Source: Macrostomum hystrix (lineage: Eukaryota; Animalia; Platyhelminthes). From it: a stretch of DNA of 64,000 nt. Every line of letters begins with the position of its first letter. Position 1 is the first letter of the stretch. Below, piece by piece: positions 13,403 through 23,714 of the stretch. The position numbers were made by a program, and so were the translations under genes. Where the stretch lies: positions 30,380,001-30,444,000 of the forward strand of contig CATNEN010000038.1 of the NCBI GenBank assembly GCA_950097015.1, read 5' to 3'. The notes beneath the pieces are model-generated. The model was not told the origin of the DNA, ran no database searches, and saw only the letters and a program-made list of their open reading frames with translations.

Positions 13403-14229
13403 AACCAGCTAGAATGTTTAACTGTCATTCGCTTTCGTGCGAGCTCGTGGTTCATGGAGATGTCTTTGATCCGTATTCATACGGCCATTTGAATTGTTCC
13501 TCGAGCTCTGTTTGCCAAGACATAGACCCAAGACCTCGCAAAGATGAATTCCGAGCTTTAAGCTGTTTTGCAGGGCAATATTAAAAGCAACATTTATTAT
13601 GTATTTCTGATGAGCTGTTGCTCTACTCAATTTTGTAATTCAATGAGCCGCAATTTATTCTGTCCGTAATAAGTTCCGCAATGTCCATTCTTCACTCTAT
13701 CATTTCAGAAAAACAGTTTGGATCGTTCAGGGTGTGATCTAACCAGACCTTAATAAATCATGGACTTTTTGTTATAAAAACGAAGAAAATTTTCTATTTC
13801 TGAATTGCTAATTGTCATGCATATTTATTTTACTCAGAATGAAATGATTTAAAACATTTATGATGTACGGTAACGAATAATAAATCATCATTTCTTAAAG
13901 AAGTGGAGCATTCTATTGAGGCTCGCTTGCATCTCACAGTTTTCTATCTGGTGTGTGCCAACGATGCAGTGCGTATTGCCGACTGAAAATGTACGTGTAC
14001 GTCCGAAGTCTGACATAGATGTACAGAAAGGTCTTAAATAAAGAAACTTGCTTACCTGTGGTTAGACAATCATAAAAAAGAAGAAACCTCACGAGTATAT
14101 AGAAAGGCTGTGGTAAAAAACAACTGCTAAGGTTTGAGCATCGCGACATAACTATTTTTGTCTGCTCTAATTAAACTTGAGCTCGCTAAGCTAGTACGTA
14201 GAAATTAGCTGCTTGAAGCAGGAGACAAG

Positions 14230-14841
14230 ATGCCTGTAATCCAGTGTCGCCAATTGAACCCATGCTTTCCACATCGAGTTGTTCGCCTGATGTCGCCTAG
14301 AGACAGGCGACTGTATGTCTTCTTTCACATCTGCCTGTGGAGCGGCGTCCTGTCGTTCGCCGTCGGCACCGCCCTATACGCGGCTATGAGGACCTACGCC
14401 TTCTTCATCATGGCCCTGCCCTGCGTCTGCATCATGTTTGTCGGCCAGTTCGGCTTTCGTTGGCTGGCCCTCAAGAATGAGGACAAATTCGAGGTGTTCT
14501 ATCCTGACTCCAGGTTGGAGACTGGGGAGGGCTATGGCATCGATGGAGAGCGCGACTTGAGTCTTCCGCCTGCCGCGCCGCCTCCGCCGGCCTACTCGGA
14601 GACCTACGACGGCCCGATTTTTACCATAGACGGCACCCTGGCGCCGCCGCCTGAGTACAGCGAGTCGGACGCCTCCCCAGCTGCTCGTCCGCAGCCCAAG
14701 CGACGGGACGTCAGTCAACGAATTAGGAGGGAAAATCAGCGACCTGTTGAAAGCGACTCGTCTGGGACAACTGCTGGCGGTGAGCTGCTTCCCGTAGCCA
14801 CGAACAATGGGCCGCCTGAATTTCCGTTGGGCACCTCCTGA
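14230..14841 (+). CDS. Hypothetical 2-TM membrane protein with two PPxY motifs, 203 aa
   Basis: Single GC-rich ORF; two hydrophobic helices (YVFFHICLWSGVLSFAVGTALYAAM; YAFFIMALPCVCIMFVGQFGF) followed by PPPPAY and PPPEY in an acidic/Pro-rich tail. Confidence 0.75.
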   Translation: MPVIQCRQLNPCFPHRVVRLMSPRDRRLYVFFHICLWSGVLSFAVGTALYAAMRTYAFFIMALPCVCIMFVGQFGFRWLALKNEDKFEVFYPDSRLETGEGYGIDGERDLSLPPAAPPPPAYSETYDGPIFTIDGTLAPPPEYSESDASPAARPQPKRRDVSQRIRRENQRPVESDSSGTTAGGELLPVATNNGPPEFPLGTS

Positions 14842-15619
14842 AGATATTTTGCTGCGCTTTTTAATAATCACTGAAACAATGGCCACTTTAACTTAAACTA
14901 TTAAAACTAGATATAGGTATTTTTAGATGGAAATCGATAATTGATACTTTGATACATTGAGCCAGATGCTTAATTCCCCCTCATTGTTTAGGTTTAAGCA
15001 GCTTTAAAATTCGGGTGGATGTTGCGGCTTTTTTCAGTCCATGGACTGAACTTCAGTACACAGCCTTTGGAAAAGCGAAATAGCTGCTCTTCTATCATTA
15101 TTAAGGTTGTACAGAAGACTGTGTTTTTTGACAGATTTGCCAGGGATGTGACAAAAAGCGCTCATAATTTCCCTTTTACCCTTCTGCACTCTTCCATCTT
15201 GTCAGATTTTCCCCAGAAACTCGCGGAAAATGTACAGATTTGTGTGTCCCAACGCAAAGTCGTGTACGCAAGTACAAGTACATAGGAATGTGAATATTTC
15301 TGGTGACCTCGTTCTCAGTATACACACTGCGATATAGACCTTTTCTAACTATCTAATCGTCAATTTAAATGTACACAAAAAATTTGTCACACGTGTGCCA
15401 TCCATTTTTTACAAATAAATGTACATTGAAACCTTCGTTTTGCAATGAAATAATCTTCACAATTTTCGTCTCAGCTACCAGCTACAATTGATATAATTTA
15501 TGTTATTTCATTTGAACACTTTTTAATATTTCCCTTACTAGCGAGTTGAAAATTAATTTGATAAAATGATGACCTTTAATCTTAAGTTTATTAAACAAAC
15601 AAACCTTCATTATAAATAA

Positions 15620-15937
15620 TAATAATTAATAATTAATAATAATTGATTACACCTGCCCCAATCGGGTCAGATGTGCAGCCGACAGCACAGCCGCAGCTAA
15701 TGCGCGGCGCATCTGAAGGCTGCGTACAGCTGTTCAGTCCATGGACTAGGGGGACACCACACCCACCTTCAATTATCCCAGCTGATGCTGGTACCCATTT
15801 AACAGCTGGGTGAACTGAAGCAATGCAGAGTTAAGTGTCTTGCTAAAGGACACAAATTGTTCAGGGGAGTCGGGAATCGAACCCCCGACCTTTAAGTCGT
15901 GAGTCCGACGCCCTAACCACTAGGCTACAACCTCTAC
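15620..15937 (-). mobile_element. CORE-SINE, family 2, well-preserved copy
   Basis: Minus: tagcctagtggttagggcgtcggactcacgac...ggttcgattccc, CORE block gtgtcctttagcaagacacttaac...cacccagctgttaaatgggtacc, AT-rich tail. Confidence 0.9.
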
Positions 15938-16107
15938 ATAACCACTATTATAAATACAACTGATCAAAGAGACACAAATAAATTACTTATCCTCCTTCTA
16001 AGAAATTATTTTCCTAGAAACTTGCGTAGGACCAATTAAGTAGTAATGTGAGAATACAAATATCTAGAACTGGTAGCAACTTATTTCAAATGCATTGGGC
16101 ACTCGGC

Positions 16108-16160
16108 AGCCAATCAGAATGCAGCCAGCCAGTGCCGCTTTATTCAACAGAATATAAGTC
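16108..16160 (+). promoter_or_regulatory. Putative promoter of the prohormone gene (CCAAT + TATA)
   Basis: ccaatcag at ~16110 and atataag at ~16152, followed by a donor (cg|gtaaga, 16257) and an acceptor (tttccag, 16423) just upstream of ATG 16439. Confidence 0.5.
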
Positions 16161-16438
16161 AAGGGTGGCGATAGCAAACAGACTTGGCTCGTTAACCGAC
16201 GACAATAAAGCGTAGAATAAACTTGGATCGAAGTTGAAACAGCCCAGATACATTCGGTAAGAAAGACGCATCTGCATTATTATTTGCTTTATCTTCATCT
16301 AAAAGTTACACTAAATCAGAGTGATTTTCTCACAGATTGAAGGTAAATATCGGCAGTATGATAGTAAATTACAATTGAAAATGAAACGCGAGTGTAATAA
16401 TTCCATCAATGTAAAATTTCCAGAATATTGCGAGCACA

Positions 16439-19400
16439 ATGCCGGCAAGCAGCTTTCTGGTGCAGATCTGTCTTGGTCTTGGTGAGTAGCTGAGTTTAAC
16501 TTGACTTTGTGAGCGCCGAGAAACTGGTTCCATTCTCTGCACTGTAAACTGTACACTGATTACGCAGATTGAAATTGTATTTACTTAATTTAAAAGGAGG
16601 ATCCCCAAAATTAATACGCACTATAAAATAAAACAAAATGTAACAAAATAACATTAGACCTACTTAGGTCGAATTAGTTTAAAATTAATTTCCAATTCGC
16701 TAAAGTTCTTTAAAAGGCCTTCATTAGTTTGCCCTTCATGAAATTTATGACAATAAGCTTTGTGTCTAAACAAATTGGACCCCCAATGCTTTCAAAAGAC
16801 AGCACTTGTGCAACGCTGCCATGTCCCATTCGAATTTCATATGCAAAAACGTTGCAAACTTTGGGGTGCAAAATTGAAAAACAAAACTGCAACTAAAGAA
16901 AAACTGTGCCTATTGTTTTCAAAATTTCACATCAGATGTTTAGGGCATCTATCTAGGAACAATTTAAGGCTAAAAGGAAAAAATTTCGAGTCACTTTTTT
17001 TCTATTCGCGTTTGAAAATAATACCCCATTTTGCAACGTTTTATGTTTTTCAGTTACAAAGTTTGAGTCAAAAATGGACCAAAAATGACCAAAAACTCGT
17101 TTTTGAACTTTGAAGCCAGAAAAAACCTGGACAGTGCTTTAAAAAACTGAAACCAACACAGCAATTTAGGCAACATCCAGATAATTGTAGAAACATGCGA
17201 CACTGTCTTCTCTATTTAAGAAGGCCTCAAAGTGCACCAGTACAAAATGTACTTTTACATTACACGTGTACTTTTGTAGAGCAGGTGAACATCTGCGATT
17301 GCGCATGCTATCATTCGATAGCCCTTATGTCCAATCGACAGTTCAGCAGATGCTGCTTCATGCCAAACTTTGAAAAAAAGACGATTTTTGCTACTTGAAA
17401 AACAGGTTTTTTAGCTTTTGATGTACAAATGCACAAATTTACTAAAAAACATTTACTATTACATTTACATTTAATATTAAATGTTATTAAATATTAATAT
17501 TAAATGTAATATTATATTTATTTATATTTATATTACATTAAATATTACTATTACTATTACTATCTACAATTTACTATTGTATAGATAGTTACTATTACTA
17601 TTTGATATAGAGCATTAGGCGACACCATGTACTGAATCCTTATTTTTCAAGATCAAAATTTCCAAACAACTCGAAAAACCGTGTTTTTCGTTGCCATGGC
17701 AACCTAGCAACGCGTCCTTGACAACGAAACATACCTGTCCTGAAAGGCCTAGGTGTTTGACACCTTTTAGCGAAAACCGCATCCGTATGTTGAGCAGCGT
17801 TCTGAAATGGCGACAGTGAGAATTTTAAAAACGTCATTTCTAGTGTGTGCAGTTGATACTAAATCTTATCAAGGATCAATCTTATCCCTCAACTAGATTT
17901 ATGGGGCTAATTCAATGGCCAGATATATGGATGTTGCGAATCTTGGGGGATAAATTACGATCTCAAATGGTCTGGAAAGAGGCTGTATTTCATTTTTTAT
18001 TTTCATTTTTATTCAGTTTTTCTCGCCATCATCGTCGGGCCGTCTAAGGCTTTGCCATCTAAGAGCGGACGGCAGGAAGCTACTGAATACCACGATCCTG
18101 AGTACAGGTAAGGCTTTGTGCCGAAAGTGAGTGGTTGAGCGTTTGCCTCTAACACCAATGTCCCTGGACTCGATTCCGCGGCGAGGCCACATTCATTTGG
18201 GGCGCAGCCACCTGGAGACAAGGCTTGGGGGCTTGTCGTGCAATTTACGCCATTGAGGGCCCACATCCAAGGTGCAGTAAGAGTACATACTGCCTCAGGA
18301 GGAGAAAGTCAGGGCAGGGCATGCACACGCCCCCTTTGCGTGTGTGCTCAGGAGTCAGGGAAATGGGCAGAATTGCCTCCTCGCTAGCTGCGGGTCTAGT
18401 GTCACAAAATGATGTGCCGTTCCCGCAGCCCTCCAGCAATTATATATATAATGTTATTATAGTGAACTAATAGTAAATGAATATCATTTTCACATACTAA
18501 TACAATTTTCTAAATTGTTTGACTAAAATTTAACTGCATAAAACTGCCTTGAAAACAAAGTATATAACATTCTAGCTGTTACAATTGCTTCCACTAACAC
18601 TTTTGTGACTGTGGTTACAATTCACCTGTGATGGCTTCCATCCTGTTGATGACACTTAAAAATGAATGCTTTTGTATTCACAAAACCTACTTTATACCAA
18701 AACTTGATGATTGTATTTTGCTGACTCCAGTGCATGAGAAAGCTATTGTACCCTGGAAATCTTGGAGTTCTATATAAAAAAACACAATTTCTGATTTGAA
18801 ATTAAAGATTGGGTTATTTCAACTAATCGCTCTTTCATTACCACTGAACCAATCAATCTACGAACATTTCCATGCATCAGTTTACCTGAATTATTCATTT
18901 GGTCTTTGAAAACATGCGGAGCCTTCACATCAAGCAGAAATTGCAATGGCAAAGTTGCAATGGCTTGCCATGCATTGCACGCTATTTCATTGACAGAAAT
19001 TCTTTCATTATGGACGGTGAAACTTTTCCAGCAAATCTTTTTTAGCTAAAGGCTTCAGAATGGGAATAGAAACTTTGAAAAAGTTCTCCTAGAGGTGCGT
19101 GTGGCGTGTGTCGGATGCGTCAGGCCGCGCGCAGATACGGTGACAAAGCGGAAGCTGCTGTTTAGCAAATCATTTATTGATGAGGAAATTCTTGCAGCTG
19201 TTTGGCCCATGCTTCTGCGCTGGTGCCTTTTGATAAATTCTTTGCCTCTTGAGCTAAATACTGCGTGCGGCTGTTGTAACCCACCCCACCCTCAATTACC
19301 CCAGCTGATGCTGGTCCCTGGTTGACAGCTGAGTCAACTGAAGCAATGCTGAGTTAAGTGTCTTGCTAAACGACTCAAACTGTTTTAGTGGACTCGGGAA

Positions 19401-19970
19401 TCGAAACCCCGACTTTCAAGTCGTGGTCCGACGCTCCAACCATGAGGCTAGAACCTCACGCCCAACCCCAACCGAGTACCACACATGTACATGTACACAA
19501 GCATTAATTATAAATAGTAACTTTAGATAAGAGTATGTCCGTTTCAACATCGGCAAAGCAATATATAGACGAAAGAAGAAACATACATTTAGTCCCATTG
19601 CACGAGATTGGATAGAAAGTGTCTCAGCCGTAGCTACCCAAAGGTTCGAACGAATGTGTACAGCTGTTCAGTCCGAAGACTGGAAAAGCAACTACACCCA
19701 CCATATGGTGCGTCAGTAGTGCCAACAGCCCCCTGGATGGGGTTACAGTAATATAATAAACAGCAAAAATACAGTAGAATAATATGGAACGCAGTAAGAA
19801 AAAGCAAAAACAAACCATAAAAAATCTATTTCAGTGCCGAAAAGCGTGGCTGGCCGGTACGGTACATGGCCGGCGGAGGTATCATGGAGGTCAAACGCGG
19901 CGGAAACGCCGCGGGCGCCTACGCCGCCGAGGAGCGGGCCCTCTTACGCCAGCTCTACGATTTTTCTTAA
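16439..19970 (+). CDS. Putative neuropeptide/peptide-hormone precursor, 89 aa, 3 coding exons
   Basis: Exons 16439-16481, 18017-18107 and 19835-19970 (GT-AG, phases 1 and 2 consistent) give MPASSFLVQICLGLVFLAIIVGPSKALPSKSGRQEATEYHDPEYSAEKRGWPVRYMAGGGIMEVKRGGNAAGAYAAEERALLRQLYDFS*. Signal-peptide-like N-terminus, two KR sites, AATAAA at 20119. Confidence 0.8.
18112..18455 (+). mobile_element. SINE family 1 copy, intronic
   Basis: ctcgattccgcggcgaggccacattcatttgggg head and shared body/3' hairpin; starts just after the exon donor at 18108. Confidence 0.85.
19260..19458 (-). mobile_element. CORE-SINE family 2, truncated copy
   Basis: Shares cagctgagtcaactgaagcaatgctgagttaagtgtcttgctaaa and the tRNA head with the 15640 copy. 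Confidence 0.8.
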
Positions 19971-20204
19971 GACGGGCTTGAGAAGCGACTCAGGCAGTGA
20001 CAAGATCCGAGCGTTGATGAGCCAGGGACTTTCCTAAATTAGAGCAGCAACTTTGGCTTTAATGACAGAGCTCAATATGAAGCCTTAAGATCGTCTGCTT
20101 GATTGACTTGCTACAAAAAATAAACAAATAGAGAGGCATCAATTTGCAATTAGAATTCTGAGTTGCATTCTAGTGTTTCTATCGTCGGAAATTGTCTTGT
20201 TTTT

Positions 20205-20540
20205 GGGGTGAGTATAGCACAGTGGTTAACGCGTTTGCCTCTCGCACGAAGGTCCCTGAGCTCGATTCCGCGGCGAGGCCACTCATTTGGGACGCAGCCA
20301 CGGAGAGAAGGCTTGAAGGCTTGTCGTGCAATTTACGCCCTTTAAGGCCCCCCCAACCTCCAAGGCACAGTGAGAGTGTACACTGCCTGAAGATGAGAAA
20401 GTCAGGGCAGATGTACACACCAGTGTGAGCGTGTGCCTGTGTAAAGTATCTGTGTGCGTGTGTGCTCTGCAGGAGTCAGCGGAATGGGCGGAACTGCCTC
20501 CTCGCTGGCTGCGGGTCTAGTGTCACCAAATGATGCATCT
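20205..20540 (+). mobile_element. SINE family 1 copy
   Basis: tagcacagtggttaacgcg A box, ctcgattcc B box, shared body; 3' hairpin truncated. Confidence 0.87.
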
Positions 20541-21875
20541 AGCCCAGTTAGGATGTGCCAAGGCTCTAATTTGTTGCAGCCGGGTAGTTCGCTTGGTCCG
20601 GCTGGCGGGGTATCAGTTTATTACTGGCAACAACAAAACAACAAAACATGCCTGCTTGTTTGTGTTTGTGTTTGTGCGTTGGGCCGGGTGTGAGGCGTTG
20701 GATGGGGGTTGGGGCGGGTGTGCACCAATGTGTAATCTCGTCCCTACCCTTCAGGCATTTAAGTCCTCCCCTGGTTTGGTCAGCTCTGTGCGTGCGCAGG
20801 CCTGGGGTGAGAGGCAGTCCGGCTGGCGCCCCCTTCCCCGCTTGGCTTGCTGCTGTGTGTGAGGTGCCTAAGTTCAGGGGTCCAGATGGCGCGATGGGCG
20901 ACTCCCGCCTAGTTCGCCGGCCTGGGGACATGCCGTTCCTGAGTTTGTGCGTCAAGTGCCCCAAGCCCCCCTGCAAAAGAAGTAAGCTCAGACACTGACA
21001 TCAGTCCATGGACTCCCTGAGAATGTTAGAATAGTGTTCAACTACTATGTTTTGACGCCTGTTATAATTGAAATGTTAAGGTAGATTTGTATTGATTGTC
21101 TTTTAGACAGCGTTTATTTTAACATTTTAGGAAATTTGAAATACGATGCTGACGTTTTGCTGCAAATGGAAATAAATGAACACCATTATAGATATTCAGC
21201 CATAATCAGTTCCATGATTTTTTCTGTATATCGGATTCTCATCAGCTCGAGGTAAGCCGTCCTAATTAAAAAAAATGAGTATATACGAGAGTAGCTTCGG
21301 CTCAAAAACGAGTCTCAATGCCAAGCATCTGACTTCACGCTGGTAGATTCGTTGACATGACTCGCTTTAACTTTCCTGATCTATAGCCGCAGGCAAAAAT
21401 CAATACAGCAGATGTGACAAATATAGTGGAGTCGCATTATAGAATGAAAGGCTAGCTAGGTTTCGCGTTTAACTTGTTTCGGCCTCTGCCTTAATTTTAT
21501 GGGGACTAAGGCATTTTGTTAAGCCTAGTGTGCTGGATTTATACAGTCTCAATCGATTCGAATACTCATTTTCTATCCTGTCAAACTAAATTAGACAATG
21601 GCTCAGCTGAAAATCGATTTATATTTGTTTGTATTTCAGCGCAGCAGAAATACATGCCCCCATGTAGCATTGAGGTTAATTTACGCGAAAAAAAACAATT
21701 TATCGGCGCAATTACATAAGCAAACCCATTTAAAACATATTGTATAGTAAATAGTTACTCAATCCCAATTCTCCTGTTATTTGCAGTTCACGAGTGATAA
21801 TTTAGTTTTCAGGGCATATCAACCATTCCGTGCCATGATACTGCAAGTCATGCATAGCCAGGAACTTTTACTGGG

Positions 21876-22625
21876 GGCCGTTGGATTGGGGGTCCACCTC
21901 TGGATTTGGGGGTCCACCTCTGGATTTGGGGGTCCACCTCTGGATTTGGTGGGGCTCCACCTCTGGATTTGGAGGTCCACCTCTGGATTTGGGGGTCCAC
22001 CTCTGGATTTGGGGGTCCACCTCTGGATTTGGTGGGGCTCCATCTCTGGATTTGGTGGGGCTCCACCTTGATCTGGATTTGGTGGGGGCTCCAACTCTAG
22101 ATTCGGTGCGGGCTCCACATCTGGATTTGGTGGGGCGCCACCTCGATCTGGATTTGGTGGGGGCTCCAACTCTAGATTCGGTGGGGGCTCCACATCTGGA
22201 TTTGGTGGGGCGCCACCTCGATCTGGATTTGGTGGGGGCTCTAACTCTAGATTTGGTGGGGGCTCCACCTCTGGATTCGGTGGGTGCTCCACCTCTAGAT
22301 TTGGTGGGGCTCCAGCCCTGGATTTGGCAGGGGGTCCACTTGGATTTGGTAAGGGGTCCACCTTGGATTAGGTAGGGGGTCCACCTTGGATTAGGTAGGG
22401 GGTCCACCTTGGATTAGGTAGGGGGTCCACCTTGGATTAGGTAGGGGGTCCACCTTGGATTAGGTAGGGGGTCCACCTTGGATTTGATTGGGGGGGTCCA
22501 CCTTGGATTTGATTGGGGGGGGGGTCCACCTTGGATTTGATTGGGGGGGTCCACCTTGGATTTGATTGGGGTGGTCCACCTTGGATTTAATTGGGGGGTC
22601 CAACTTGGATTTGGTATATAGGGGT
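21876..22625. repeat. G-rich compound minisatellite (19-24 bp units)
   Basis: Units ggggtccacctctggattt, tggtggggctccacctctggatt and ggattaggtagggggtccacctt grade along the array; the overlapping ORFs are artefacts. Confidence 0.95.
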
Positions 22626-23714
22626 TTTACCTTGAATTAGTTTTTTTGGGCAAATGTGTTTATTAATGATTTAATCAGGTGCGCCAATATTAATTTGTGT
22701 GTGTGGCTTATCTTCTGTCTTTCGATGCGAATGTTAAGGTAGGTGTGAAGGAGGACACATGGCAGGCTAGCTAGCTAATAAGCTAGTTAACCTTGAAGTT
22801 ATCCAACAATCATTCAGCCAAAGGGGAGTTGATTTGTCACTGAAAGCTGACTAAACAATGAAATCATTGCTTAGTTACTTTCGGCTTAGGGATCTTTAGT
22901 CTCTGAAGCATTAGGCCTGTATTGCAGAGGTCACAAGTGGCCTATGCTACGAAAATAGTTACATTGGCACGAAATTATATTATCGTGATTAGATCGATCG
23001 AGTTTAGTAAAACAACTAACACACTAAGCCCCATTGGGGGGGGGCACTACTGTTCCAGACAAAAAATCTTGTGTAATGCAGAAGGACAAAACGCACCTGA
23101 AAGCAAACAGTTAAATGAAAACTCATTTCGTCGGTATGAATTTCCCTGATTGCGAATATACGAGTACATGATTGCGATTCAACGAGAATTAGAATTCTCA
23201 ATAAATACAAAAATAGTCAGTCTGAGCTTGATTTAGGGGTCGCAGCACTGCGGGAATTCCCGCTGAATTAAGCGGGAATTTTGCACAACTCAGCGGGAAA
23301 GTAGAGAGCATTTGACAAATTTCAGCGGGAATTCCAACATATTTTCCAATCTGTCTGACACAATATTGGAGCAAGCTTAGAGAGTGCGAACACAGCCAGA
23401 ACTGTGAAAGCGGCGAGATTGGGAGCGAAGTCCCAGAGCGTGAAACTCATTCAGAGCTAAAGGCATCTCGCTATCCCATTGCAGATCTCCCCATTCCCAC
23501 CCGGCTGCCCCAAATCGTTCCAGTCCCCCTTGACCCCATCTGCCATCGACAGATTCATCGGCCTTGAATAAAGTAGTGACGTGTCTATGACACTTAACTC
23601 TTTTCTCTTTGTCTTCCATGTTATTAATTTATTAACTTTTAGTAGGATTGCGACAGAGCAGCTCCTTGAAGTTGTGTCTAACAGTCCTAATTGGTGGCAG
23701 CTATATAAATAGCT

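Noticed and set aside
18560-19250. Possible decayed transposase on the minus strand
   Set aside because: Multiple stops in the frames read and no recognisable motif.
21781-22407. Pro/Gly-rich ORFs on both strands
   Set aside because: Minisatellite with units not consistently multiples of 3; no splice or start context.
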